This document shows positions 38,439-48,112 of a DNA stretch of 64,000 nt, piece after piece. The stretch lies in the NCBI GenBank assembly GCA_964458665.1, contig CAYWOO010000056.1, forward strand, positions 10,821 through 74,820. Direction: 5' to 3'. The translations under genes and the position numbers were made by a program. The stretch comes from an uncultured Dehalococcoidia bacterium. GTDB lineage: Bacteria > Chloroflexota > Dehalococcoidia > DSTF01 > JACRBR01. Numbering within the stretch: the first letter of the stretch is position 1; each line of letters starts with the position of its first letter. The notes beneath the pieces are model-generated. The model saw only the letters and a program-made list of their open reading frames with translations, did not search any database and was not told the origin of the DNA.

Positions 38439-39962
38439 CTACTGCAACCCGAGGCGCGCCAGTTGATCTTCCGGAGCTTCGATCTCGATGAGAGCAGCAC
38501 GCAGGCGGTCGGCCGACTCGCGCTCGCGCCGCTCGCCCGCGCGATTTTCATCCTCCGTGGGGTCGTTGTACAGATCGTAGAGATGGTTGCCGCTGAACGG
38601 ACCGAGCGCCCAGAAGGGCAGGCGGTCGCCCTGCACGAATGGCTGACGGATCACCGGCACCTTCGAGCCAGGCATGCGGTCCAGAAACGCGCGATCGTCG
38701 GGCAGCGGCAGGCGCAGCTTCGGTCGCGCCGCGATCGGCATCGTTGACCAGCGATTCGACCACATTGAGATCGGCGCGTTGTCGCCGATGGGCGCGCGGG
38801 CGTACTTGCTCGTCTCGTCGATCAGATGGACCTCGCGGCCCCACACGCCCGACAGCGCGTAGTCGCGCACGGAGCTGGCTTCGCCGCGAATGATCGGGAT
38901 GAGCGACTTGCCGTGCGTGCGATGCTTCACGTCGGCGCCGAAGAGATCGACGAGCGTCGCGAAGATATCGACGTTCGTCGAGAGCGCCGCCGTTGCGCCC
39001 GGTTCAACGCCCGGCCACGACACCATCAGCGGGATGTGTCCGAGCGTCTCGTAAATCGGCACGTTCGGCTTCCCCCAGATGTCCTTCTCGCCCAGGTAAT
39101 GGCCGTGATCCGTGCAGACGATCACCGCGGTGTCCTCCCAGATGCCGTTCCGCTCGATCGTGTCGAGCACGCGTCCGAACCACGCGTCGATCATCGTCAG
39201 CTTGCCGCCGTAACACGCGCGCAACTGGTGCGCCTGCCTCTCGGTGAGCACGCCGGCCGCGATTGCGCCGCTGATGTACGGCGGCCAGATCAGGTGCGGA
39301 CCTTGCCACGAGTCGTCGTACATCAGCGCGTACTTGTCGGGCGTATCGAACGGCTCGTGCGGGTCGAACTCGTCGACGAACAGCAGGAAGCGGTCGTGGT
39401 AGCCGGCGTTGTCTTCGAGCCAACGCGCCGCCGCCGCCATCGTGCGCGGCCCGGGGAAGTCGGCCTCACCGCGGAAGTAGCCGCGTGAGTTGTCGTACGG
39501 CATCTGCGCGCGGCCCATGGGCGGCGCGCCCAGCCACGACGTATCGGGCCGCGTCTTCCACGGGTCACCTTCGTGACCGCGCTCGTAGTCCCAGGCGGTG
39601 AACTCGGTGTGGTAGTTCTCGCCGCCCGTCTCGAAGAGGTGTGGGTGGTCGGAGATCAGCATCGTCGTCACGCCCGCGTCGCGCAGGTACGACGTGATCG
39701 TGCGTTCCCAGATCTCCACGGAGCCCCACGGGCGCCAGAGGAAATCGAGCGAGCCGCAGAGCATATCGTGCCGCGCCGGCATGCACGGCAGCGAGCCGGA
39801 GTAGTGCTTCTCGAACCGCAGCGCCCGCGCAGCGAACCGGTCGAGGTTCGGCGTCAGGAACTCCGTGCCGCCGTACGCCCCCAGCATGTGCCGGTTGAGG
39901 CTGTCCAGCAGAATGACGATCGCGTTTTTCGGTTGTGTTGACATCGGCGCGTGTACTGGCAT
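38439..39962 (-). CDS. Sulfatase (arylsulfatase-family, Cys-type)
   Basis: AGGAAG RBS. SGSLPCMPARHDMLCG (C-x-P-x-R sulfatase signature), VDEFDPHEPFD, TDHGHYLGEKD. Confidence 0.8.
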   Translation of the reverse strand: MPVHAPMSTQPKNAIVILLDSLNRHMLGAYGGTEFLTPNLDRFAARALRFEKHYSGSLPCMPARHDMLCGSLDFLWRPWGSVEIWERTITSYLRDAGVTTMLISDHPHLFETGGENYHTEFTAWDYERGHEGDPWKTRPDTSWLGAPPMGRAQMPYDNSRGYFRGEADFPGPRTMAAAARWLEDNAGYHDRFLLFVDEFDPHEPFDTPDKYALMYDDSWQGPHLIWPPYISGAIAAGVLTERQAHQLRACYGGKLTMIDAWFGRVLDTIERNGIWEDTAVIVCTDHGHYLGEKDIWGKPNVPIYETLGHIPLMVSWPGVEPGATAALSTNVDIFATLVDLFGADVKHRTHGKSLIPIIRGEASSVRDYALSGVWGREVHLIDETSKYARAPIGDNAPISMWSNRWSTMPIAARPKLRLPLPDDRAFLDRMPGSKVPVIRQPFVQGDRLPFWALGPFSGNHLYDLYNDPTEDENRAGERRERESADRLRAALIEIEAPEDQLARLGLQ

Positions 39963-40192
39963 CGATTCTTCCTGTCGCTGCATGCGCGCGTGGCGCAGGC
40001 GTCCTCGCCTGCCTCCGCGCGCTTTGCGGACATCATCGCACGAACCGCTCCGCCAGCGCATCAAGCACAGCGGCATCGCCCGTGGCATCCTGCGGACGCG
40101 GGCATTCTACGGAATGCCCCTACGCCAGCATCGTGCCCTGCGTGGGGTCGCTGTATCATCCCGTCGCATCGCATCATAGATCAGGAGCGGTT

Positions 40193-41495
40193 CATGCCCA
40201 CAAAGATCACCGGCGTCCGCGCGCGAGACATCCGCATGCCGACGTCGCGCACGCAGGCGGGGTCCGACGCCATGCACACCGATCCCGATTATTCGGCCGC
40301 GTACGTGGTGCTGGAGACCGACGGAGCGGACGGCGTCGAAGGCCACGGCATGACGTTCACGATCGGCCGTGGCAACGAGATCTGTGTCGCCGCCGCGAAT
40401 GCGCTGGCGCCGCTGGTGGTCGGCGAGACGCTGGAGTCGATCGCCGGCGACATGGCGGGCTTCTGGCGCAGGATGACCGGCGACAGCCAGCTGCGCTGGA
40501 TCGGGCCGGAGAAGGGCGCCATCCACCTTGCGACCGCGGCGATCGTCAACGCCGCGTGGGATCTCTGGGCGAAGGTCGAGCGGAAGCCGGTGTGGAAGCT
40601 CGTCGCCGACATGACGCCCGAGCAGATCGTCGCCTGCGTCGACTTCCGCTACATCACCGACGCGCTGACGCCCAATGAAGCGCTCGGGATCCTTCGCCGC
40701 AACGTGCCGGAGCGCGCCGCACGCGAGGCGGAGATGCTCCGCGACGGCTATCCCGCCTACGTCACCTCGGTCGGTTGGATGGGGTACGCCGACGAGCGCA
40801 TCCGCGAGCTATGCCGCCAGGCGCTCGCCGACGGCTGGACGCGCTTCAAGCTGAAGGTGGGCCGCAACGCCGAAGAGAACGAGCATCGCTGCCAGCTCGT
40901 GCGCGAAGAGATCGGCTGGGACAACGCGCTGATGGTCGACGCGAACCAGGCGTGGGACGTTGGCGAGGCGATCGAGCACATGGCGCGGCTGCAACCGTAC
41001 AAGCTGCTCTGGATCGAAGAGCCGACGAGCCCCGACGACATCCTCGGCCACGCAACGATCCGTCGCGCCGTGAAGCCGATCGGAGTCGCGACGGGCGAAC
41101 ACTGCCCGAACCGCGTGATGTTCAAGCAGCTGCTCCAGGCCGAAGCGATCGACTTCCTGCAGATGGATACCTGCCGCCTCGGCGGGCTGAACGAAGTGCT
41201 CGCCGTGCTGCTGCTCGCGGCGAAGTTCGGCGTGCCCGTCTGCCCGCACGCCGGCGGAGTCGGCCTCTGCGAGTACGGCCAGCACGTCTCGCTGATCGAC
41301 TACATCGTCGTCAGCGGCAGCCTCGAGGACCGCGCGTTGGAGTACGCAGAGCACCTGCACGAGCACTTTGTCGACGAGATCGTCGTGCGCCGTGGCCACT
41401 ACATCCCGCCGACCGCGCCCGGCTTCAGCATCACGATGCACCCGCGTTCGCTCGATGATCACGAGTTCCCGAACGGGAAGGTTTGGCGGGCGTAA
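40193..41495 (+). CDS. fucD: L-fuconate dehydratase (enolase superfamily)
   Basis: MPTKITGVRARDIRMPTSRTQAGSDAMHTDPDYSAAYVV...KLKVG...VDANQAWDV...WIEEPTSPDD. Near-colinear with the Xanthomonas FucD as I recall it. Confidence 0.85.
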
Positions 41496-41570
41496 GAAGT
41501 GCGAGGTGGGACGTGGGAAGCGGAAAGCGGGAGACCGGAAGCGAGAAGCGGGAGGCGGAAAGTCGACGGA
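41496..41570. repeat. Polypurine tract made of degenerate GGAAGCG heptamer repeats
   Basis: gaagtgcgaggtgggacgtgggaagcggaaagcgggagaccggaagcgagaagcgggaggcggaaagtcgacggag is more than 85% purine on the + strand. Confidence 0.4.
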
Positions 41571-41601
41571 GATGCTGTCATGCAGAGCGAAGCGAAGCAT
41601 C
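41571..41601. terminator. Hairpin between convergent fucD and the lactonase gene (GATGCT...AGCATC)
   Basis: 6-bp stem with a 19-nt loop and no clear U-tract. Weak. Confidence 0.25.
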
Positions 41602-41659
41602 TACTCTGAACCAGCAAGATCCTTCGCGCTGCTCAGGATGACAGGCGTTTGACGTGTGG

Positions 41660-42493
41660 TTACGCGGTCAACCCGTAGAACTCCGCCGCAGCTCCGCCCG
41701 TGATCGCATCGCGCTCGCCCGCCGACAGCGCGCCGATCGCATCCGTGACGATCGCCATCACACCGGCGTACTCGCCCGCGAGCAGGCACACGGGCCAGTC
41801 CGAGCCGATCATTACGCGCCGCCCGAACACTTCGAGCACAGTCTCGATGTACGGCGCGAAGTCGGCTGGGCGCCAGCACTGCCAGTCGGCCTCCGTCACC
41901 ATGCCGGAGAGCTTGCAGTAGACGTTCGGTCTCGCGGCGATCGCTGTGATGCCAGCGCGCCACGCGTCGATGCTGCCGTCGCGGATCGCGGGCTTGGCCA
42001 TGTGGTCGATGACGAATGGCTGCTCCGGGAACGCGCGCGCGAGTGCGAGCGCCTCCGGCAACTGCCGCTCGTGGATGAGAATGTCGTACGTCAAACCGAA
42101 CTCCGCGAGCGCGGCGACACCGTGCTGGAAGTCGGGCCGCAGCATGAATCCGACCGGTTCGTCCTGCACGATGTGGCGGAAGCCGCGGAGGCGCGGGTGC
42201 ATGGCGACGCGCCACAGCTGCTCCGTCACGTCGGGTGCGCAGAGATCGACCCAGCCGACGACGCCCCGGATGAACGGATGCTCGTCGGCGAGCCCGAGCA
42301 GCCACTCCGTCTCCGCGATGCTCTGCTCCGCCTGCACGGCGATGCAGCCGTCGAAGCCGGCCGCATCGAGAAGCGGCTTGAGGTCGGGCGGCAGGAAGTC
42401 GCGCTTGATGGCGGCCATGCTGTCGTCGATCCACGCATGCGTCTGCGGGGAATAGCGCCAGAAGTGCTGGTGCGCGTCGATGCGAGGCGCCAT
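41660..42493 (-). CDS. Amidohydrolase-2 family protein, probable L-fucono-1,5-lactonase
   Basis: MAPRIDAHQHFW...GSDWP amidohydrolase_2 motifs. Sits inside the L-fuconate pathway cluster. Confidence 0.7.
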   Translation of the reverse strand: MAPRIDAHQHFWRYSPQTHAWIDDSMAAIKRDFLPPDLKPLLDAAGFDGCIAVQAEQSIAETEWLLGLADEHPFIRGVVGWVDLCAPDVTEQLWRVAMHPRLRGFRHIVQDEPVGFMLRPDFQHGVAALAEFGLTYDILIHERQLPEALALARAFPEQPFVIDHMAKPAIRDGSIDAWRAGITAIAARPNVYCKLSGMVTEADWQCWRPADFAPYIETVLEVFGRRVMIGSDWPVCLLAGEYAGVMAIVTDAIGALSAGERDAITGGAAAEFYGLTA

Positions 42494-42495
42494 CG

Positions 42496-43563
42496 TCAGC
42501 CGTCCGCCGGGATCGGGGTCGCGCCGTGCGCGCTCGATTCGTAACAGGCCTCCACGACCGCCATCGTCTTGTACGCGTCCTCAACGCTCGATACGAGCGC
42601 ATCGTCCTCGCCGGCGACGAAGCGCTGCACGTCCGACATCGGTCCTTCGAACGCCTCGAGGAACCATGATCCGCGCAACGGCACGCTCGCCCAGTCACCG
42701 CCTGCGTGAACGATCGTCAGTTCATCGGGCTCGCCGTCGGGGTAATTGAGGTTCACGCCCATCTTCGCGATCGCCGCGCCCTTGGTGCCCTCGATCTTGA
42801 TCTGCGACATGGCGTAGCGCGGGACGAACGTGTGCGTGTGATTCAGCGTCAGGCTGCAGCGCACCATGTCGCCGTAGTCGAGGATGATGCTCGTGCGCGC
42901 GTCCGGGTACTTCGCGAGCTTCGGATGGCGTGCGCCGCGGCAGTAGACGCCGGAGGGCTCGCCGATCAGCGAGCGGATAAGGTCGATGTAGTGGATCGAG
43001 TGCATCAGCACCTCGAGGCGCGGCACGCCTTCGAGGAACGCCCAGTACTCCCACGGCGTGTGCAGGTTCAGCCGCACTTCGACGTCCGTCACGTCGCCGA
43101 GCATCCCGCGCGAGAGTGCGTCGCTCAGCGCCAGCATGTTCGGCGCGAATCGCAGTTGGAAGTTGACCGCCGCAACAAGCTTCCGCTCGCGGCAGATCGC
43201 GCGGATGCGGTGTGCTTCTTCGAGGTCGCGTCCCATCGGCTTCTGGATCAGCACGCCTGCGCCTGTGGGCATGCGCTCGAGGATGCCCGCGATGTGCTGC
43301 GGTGGTACGGCAACATCGAACACAGCGCCCTGCGTTGCCAGCGCGTCGTCGAGTGAGTCGAATATGCGCGCGATCCCGAGCGCGGCTGCCCGCTCGCGCG
43401 CAGCCGCGGCGTCTACATCGAAGATGCCCGCAACCGGAAAGTCAAGCCGCAAGTACACGGGCAGATGCGCGTCGCGTACGATACTGCCGGCGCCGATGAC
43501 GACGATAGGCCGCGGCGCGGACGGCAACGGCCACTGCTGGCGTAGGTCGGCAAGAGCGGTCAC
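42496..43563 (-). CDS. Gfo/Idh/MocA-family NAD(P)-dependent oxidoreductase (candidate L-fucose dehydrogenase)
   Basis: GTG start overlapping the mutarotase stop (GTGA). PIVVIGAGSIVRDAHLPVY Rossmann motif. Confidence 0.75.
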   Translation of the reverse strand: MTALADLRQQWPLPSAPRPIVVIGAGSIVRDAHLPVYLRLDFPVAGIFDVDAAAARERAAALGIARIFDSLDDALATQGAVFDVAVPPQHIAGILERMPTGAGVLIQKPMGRDLEEAHRIRAICRERKLVAAVNFQLRFAPNMLALSDALSRGMLGDVTDVEVRLNLHTPWEYWAFLEGVPRLEVLMHSIHYIDLIRSLIGEPSGVYCRGARHPKLAKYPDARTSIILDYGDMVRCSLTLNHTHTFVPRYAMSQIKIEGTKGAAIAKMGVNLNYPDGEPDELTIVHAGGDWASVPLRGSWFLEAFEGPMSDVQRFVAGEDDALVSSVEDAYKTMAVVEACYESSAHGATPIPADG

Positions 43564-43892
43564 AGCTCGAACACCAGTTGCATGTTCGCCCACAGTTCGC
43601 CCGGCTGCGCGCCCGGTGCGGGCTGCTGCAACGACGCCATCAGCTCCTGCCACTCGCGGATGCGCGGATCGCTCTCGATGTAGCGCGCGAAGTCGCGGTC
43701 AGGATCGAACGCATCGACGGTCTCCATCAACATGAAGAGCCGCCGGCCCAGCCGCCAAATGCGCATCTGCTCGATGCCGATCGCGCGCAGCCCGCGCTGC
43801 ACCTCCGGCCACACCGCACGATGATGCTCGTCGTACGCTGCGATGCTGATCGGGTCGTCCCTGAGGTCCAGCGTCTGCGCATAGGTCTTCAA
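43560..43892 (-). CDS. L-rhamnose/L-fucose mutarotase (RhaM family)
   Basis: 110 aa, MKTYAQTLDLRDDPISIAAYDEHHRAVWPEV... typical RhaM-like. Confidence 0.75.
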   Translation of the reverse strand: MKTYAQTLDLRDDPISIAAYDEHHRAVWPEVQRGLRAIGIEQMRIWRLGRRLFMLMETVDAFDPDRDFARYIESDPRIREWQELMASLQQPAPGAQPGELWANMQLVFEL

Positions 43893-43954
43893 GTTCGTCT
43901 GATCCTCGCATCGAGCAACTCACAGCCGGGGACGGCTGTGCCACTCCCGCTGTG

Positions 43955-44725
43955 CTAGAACACCAGCACTCCGCCATCGATGGGGTACGCCTGGCCGGTG
44001 ATGAACGAGGCCTCGTCCGAACAGAGATAGAGCGCGAGCGCGGCGACCTCCTCCGGCTCGGCCATGCGGCCGATCGGCTGGTACTCGGACAGCACCTTGA
44101 ACATCTCGTCTTCGCGGCCGGGGTACGTGTCGCGCAGATAGCCATCGACGAACGGCGTGTGCACACGCGCCGGGCAGACGCAGTTGCAGCGGATGCCTTG
44201 CTTGATGTAGTCGACGGCGATCGAGCGCGTCATCGTCAGCACGGCGCCCTTGCTCATCGAATACGCAAACCGCTCCTCGAGGCCGATGAGCGACGCGATC
44301 GACGCGAGGTTGAGGATGACCCCGCCGCCACGATGGATCATCTTCGGGATCGCCGCCTGCGAGCAGAGGAAGACGCCCTTGACGTTGACGCTGTAGATGC
44401 GGTCGAGGTCGGCTTCGGTCGTGGTCTCGACCGTGCCGATGTGCGCGATTCCGGCGTTGTTGACGAGAATATCGATACGGCCAGCGGCGGTGTAGACGCG
44501 GTCGAACGCGATCGTCACCGATGCCATACTGGACACGTCGCACGCGACGACGTCGGCGGTGCCGCCATCAGCGCGAATGCGCCCCGCGGTCTCGGCGCCG
44601 GCGGCTTCGTTCAGTTCGAGCACGAAGACGCGCGCGCCCTGCTTCGCGAACGTGTGCGCGATCGCCTGACCGATGCCGGAACCCGCGCCAGTGACGACGG
44701 CGATCTTGTTGTCGAGTCGGAACAC
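43955..44725 (-). CDS. SDR-family oxidoreductase (candidate 2-keto-3-deoxy-L-fuconate dehydrogenase)
   Basis: GTG start with GGAGG RBS. KIAVVTGAGSGIGQAIA, NNAG, YSMSKGAV catalytic YxxxK. Confidence 0.8.
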   Translation of the reverse strand: MFRLDNKIAVVTGAGSGIGQAIAHTFAKQGARVFVLELNEAAGAETAGRIRADGGTADVVACDVSSMASVTIAFDRVYTAAGRIDILVNNAGIAHIGTVETTTEADLDRIYSVNVKGVFLCSQAAIPKMIHRGGGVILNLASIASLIGLEERFAYSMSKGAVLTMTRSIAVDYIKQGIRCNCVCPARVHTPFVDGYLRDTYPGREDEMFKVLSEYQPIGRMAEPEEVAALALYLCSDEASFITGQAYPIDGGVLVF

Positions 44726-44745
44726 GAGGCCTCCGTGTCTGGCCG

Positions 44746-46002
44746 CTACGTCAGCGGCTTGTCGGCGAAATCGATGGCGATCACGGTCGCGTTGTCGTCG
44801 ATGCTCGATTCCGGCACGGCAATCGTCAACTCGCCAAGCGGGTCCGTATTGAGGAACTGGTCGATCAGGGACGTGCGCGTCTTGAACTCGAGCGCCGCCC
44901 CGTCCGACAGCGCCGTCACGGCCTTCACGCGCTTTGTGCGCACGCCGCGCACAGAGATCGTGTCGTACGGGCGCGAGAGCAGATGCACGTACACCCGGCC
45001 GTCGCGCTGCGTCGACGGGCCATAGTGCTGCCACGGCTCCAGGCCCGGCGTGGTGCCGACGATGCTCTCGCCGTTGCGCGCCATCCACTGCTCGATGACG
45101 GCGAAACGCTCCGTGAACTCCGGCTGCAGGCCGCCGTCGTCCATCGGTCCGACGTTCAGCAGCAGGTTACCGCCCTTGCCGGCGACCTCGCACAACGTCT
45201 GGATGATGCGCCGCGCCGACTTGAACTCGCGATCCGCCGGGCAGTAGCCCCACGTTTCGTTGATCGTCAGGCACGTCTCCCACGGGCCGGGCGGCGGTTG
45301 CGCCGGCACGAACTGCTCCGGCGTCACATAGTCGGCGACACCTGGGAGGCGATCGTTGATCATGATCTCCGGCTGCAGCTCGCGGATCATCGCTTCCAGC
45401 TCCTTCGAGCGCCACTGCGTCGTCGAGCGCTCCCAGCCGCCGTCGAACCAGATGACGTCGATTTTGCCGTAATTCGTCAGCAACTCGCGGATCTGCGCGA
45501 ACATCACGTCGATGAAGCGCGCCCACGCCTCCGGCTCCGGCTGCCTCCAGCGTCCGAATACGTATGGCTTGTCGGCATCGGTGAACGCTGGGTAGTCAGG
45601 GTGGTGCCAGTCGATCAGCGAGAAATACACCCCGACGCGGATGCCCTCGGCGCGCATCGCGTCGGCGAATGCGCGAAAGATGTCGCGCCCGTACGGCGAG
45701 TGCATGACGCCATATTCCGATGTCGCCGTGTCGTACATCGCGTAGCCGTCATGGTGTTTCGCCGTGAAGACGGCGTACGTCATCCCGGCGCGCTTCGCCA
45801 TGCGCGCCCACTCCCCCGGGTCGTAGCGCTTCGGATCGAACGTCGCGGCGGTTGCGTGATACTGCGCGACCGCCATGTCCTTCGCGCTGGGAGCGCTGAA
45901 GACGCCGCCAACGAGCGGCCACGACAGCTCGATGCCCTGCTGGCTGCAGTGGCTCCAGTGGACGAACATGCCGAAGCGGGCGGTATCGAACCAGGACGTC
46001 AT
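44746..46002 (-). CDS. Alpha-L-fucosidase (GH29)
   Basis: FGMFVHWS...TAKHHDGYAMYDT...IWFDGGW GH29 pattern. Confidence 0.8.
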   Translation of the reverse strand: MTSWFDTARFGMFVHWSHCSQQGIELSWPLVGGVFSAPSAKDMAVAQYHATAATFDPKRYDPGEWARMAKRAGMTYAVFTAKHHDGYAMYDTATSEYGVMHSPYGRDIFRAFADAMRAEGIRVGVYFSLIDWHHPDYPAFTDADKPYVFGRWRQPEPEAWARFIDVMFAQIRELLTNYGKIDVIWFDGGWERSTTQWRSKELEAMIRELQPEIMINDRLPGVADYVTPEQFVPAQPPPGPWETCLTINETWGYCPADREFKSARRIIQTLCEVAGKGGNLLLNVGPMDDGGLQPEFTERFAVIEQWMARNGESIVGTTPGLEPWQHYGPSTQRDGRVYVHLLSRPYDTISVRGVRTKRVKAVTALSDGAALEFKTRTSLIDQFLNTDPLGELTIAVPESSIDDNATVIAIDFADKPLT

Positions 46003-46045
46003 CGCGTGATCGTAGCGCGTCCGCGCGCACGCGCCAGCACGGCGG

Positions 46046-46948
46046 CTACGGCTCGTCGATCACCTGGTTCTCCAGCACGCCGAGGCCGCTGATCTCGACG
46101 CGCACGACATCGCCGGCCTTCATGTAGCTGGGCGGTTTGCGCCCGAGGCCGACGCCCGCTGGCGTGCCGGTGAAGACAACATCGCCCGGCTCCAGCGTGA
46201 ACGCCGCCGACAGATACTCGATGATGGCGCCGATGCCAAAGATCAGGTGCTTCGTGTTCGAGTTCTGTACCAACTCGTCGTTCAGGTACGTCTTCACGTC
46301 GAGGTCGTTGACGTCGCGTATCTCGTCATTCGTCACGAGCCAGGGGCCGATCGGGCCGTGCGTGTCGAAGCCCTTGCCCCTCACCCATGTCGGCGCGTGG
46401 AACTGCCAGTCGCGCACCGAGAGGTCGTTGCCGTTGCAGAAGCCGGCGACGTACGACATCGCATCGGCAGCGGCGATGTGCCGCCCGCGCTTGCCGATGA
46501 CGAAACACAGCTCGCCTTCCCAATCGAGCGCCGAGCTGACTTTCGGCAGGTGGACGGGCGCTCCCGTGCTCGTGATGCACGTCGACATCTTGGCGAAGAC
46601 GATCGGGCGCTTCGGGATCTCTGCGCCCGTCTCCTCCGCGTGGTCGCGGTAGTTGAGGCCGATCGCCAGCACCTTGCCCGGTCGCGGCACGGGGGCTTCG
46701 AGACGTGTGCCCGGCACATCGAGCGAGAAGATCACGGCGGTCGCGGAAGCGCCCGCCGCACCGGCAGCGCGTGCGGCATCGACCGCGGTCTTCGCCACCG
46801 CCATCGCGTCATCGCCCGCATTCAGGAAGCCGATCATGTCGGCCGGCAACTTGCCGCCGCTGGCGCGATTCAGATCGACGATCGTCCTGTCGTCGAGCAT
46901 CGCTCCGAGCCGTGTGTTGCCGCCGCTGGTGTAGGTGACGAGTTTCAT
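46046..46948 (-). CDS. Fumarylacetoacetate-hydrolase-family protein (candidate 2,4-diketo-3-deoxy-L-fuconate hydrolase)
   Basis: GLNYRDHAEE, metal-binding E/D residues and GTPAGVG FAH-family motifs. Confidence 0.8.
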   Translation of the reverse strand: MKLVTYTSGGNTRLGAMLDDRTIVDLNRASGGKLPADMIGFLNAGDDAMAVAKTAVDAARAAGAAGASATAVIFSLDVPGTRLEAPVPRPGKVLAIGLNYRDHAEETGAEIPKRPIVFAKMSTCITSTGAPVHLPKVSSALDWEGELCFVIGKRGRHIAAADAMSYVAGFCNGNDLSVRDWQFHAPTWVRGKGFDTHGPIGPWLVTNDEIRDVNDLDVKTYLNDELVQNSNTKHLIFGIGAIIEYLSAAFTLEPGDVVFTGTPAGVGLGRKPPSYMKAGDVVRVEISGLGVLENQVIDEP

Positions 46949-47059
46949 CTTCTTCTCTCCGGTAACTCACAGCAGCGGGCGGTACGAGCACCTCACCCGC
47001 GCCGTCGGCGCCACCCTCTCCACGCCGTGGAGAGGGTTCTTGGTCTCGACGGTTTGTGC

Positions 47060-47989
47060 TTATTTGGCTGGGTGGCTCCCCGCCATCAGCTCCGCCAAAT
47101 CGTCCGGGCGGATGAACGATGCGGGCGGTGGCGGCCCCCACGAGTACAGCGACCGCATCCCTTCCCACACCTGCGGCTTCCACAACTGGTCGTCGACGAT
47201 CACATCGAGGTCGCTGTAGTACTCCGAGAAGTTGCCGGCGGGGTCGCGGAAGTACCAGAAGAAGTTCGAGCCGATGTGGTGCCGCCCGAACCCCCATACG
47301 TGCCGAGACGGGTCCTTCGTCAGCAGCGCCTGCGCTCCCAGTCCGATCTCATCGACGTCAGCGACCTGCCACGACGTGTGGTGCAAGAACTGCACCGGCG
47401 ACTTCTGGACGAGCAGGTTGTGGTGGTCCTGCGAGCACCGCATGAAGTGCGCGATGCCCTTCACGCTGTCGCTGACCTTGAAGCCGATGCCCTCCGTGAA
47501 GAACTTGTTGCTGACCTCGATGTCCGTCGAGCCCGCGACCACGTGGCCGAGCTTGCGCGGCCGCGCGCCGACGAGCGAGTCGTCCGGACGCAACCGCGGC
47601 GAACGGCCCTCGCGGTCGATGCGGCCCGGCCCGTTATAGGCGGTCGCCTGCTCCTCGTCCTGCACAATCTTCGGCGCGATCTCCACCCGCACGTTGACGC
47701 CCGTGCCCGCGTCGACAGCGCTGACGCTCGATCCGGCGCGCTGCGGCGTCACACCGATCGTCGTGAGCTGCGACGCGACGCGATCGATATCGTCCGGATC
47801 CGCGGCGCCGATCGATACTTCGACGAGCCGTCGAATCGGCGCGTGAACGATCCGCAGCTGCTCGCCGCCGTCCGGCGTCGCGAACACGCCCGGCTTCGTC
47901 TCCGTCAGCCCGAACTCGCTGTAGTACGCCGACGTGGCTGCCACGTCGGGCACGCCGATTGTTACGGAGTTCATGCGGTGCAGTGCCAT
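47060..47989 (-). CDS. VOC-family two-domain protein (extradiol ring-cleavage dioxygenase-like)
   Basis: Two glyoxalase-like modules (LHRMNSVTIGVPDV... / LGHVVAGSTDIEVSNKFF...). Confidence 0.7.
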   Translation of the reverse strand: MALHRMNSVTIGVPDVAATSAYYSEFGLTETKPGVFATPDGGEQLRIVHAPIRRLVEVSIGAADPDDIDRVASQLTTIGVTPQRAGSSVSAVDAGTGVNVRVEIAPKIVQDEEQATAYNGPGRIDREGRSPRLRPDDSLVGARPRKLGHVVAGSTDIEVSNKFFTEGIGFKVSDSVKGIAHFMRCSQDHHNLLVQKSPVQFLHHTSWQVADVDEIGLGAQALLTKDPSRHVWGFGRHHIGSNFFWYFRDPAGNFSEYYSDLDVIVDDQLWKPQVWEGMRSLYSWGPPPPASFIRPDDLAELMAGSHPAK

Positions 47990-48112
47990 ATCGGTTACAT
48001 CTCCACTTTCAATCCGGGAACGTCACTGCGCTGATCATCTAGAACAGCCCGGCCTCGACGAGCCCCGGAGTCCTAACGATATCAAGTAGAGTTCACAGAG
48101 CGGAGGATCACC

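Noticed and set aside
41496-41570. CRISPR array
   Set aside because: The only tandem repeat is a degenerate purine heptamer tract without spacer/repeat periodicity. No CRISPR-like repeats or cas genes anywhere in the window.
46247-48034. 595-aa ORF on the + strand
   Set aside because: Arg/Ala/Pro-rich low-complexity translation antisense to three well-supported minus-strand genes (FAH hydrolase, VOC dioxygenase). Typical GC-rich shadow ORF. The same reasoning excludes 22984..25029, 32289..33773, 28698..29822, 41601..42698, 60039..61544, 17074..18165, 7085..8275 and similar entries.
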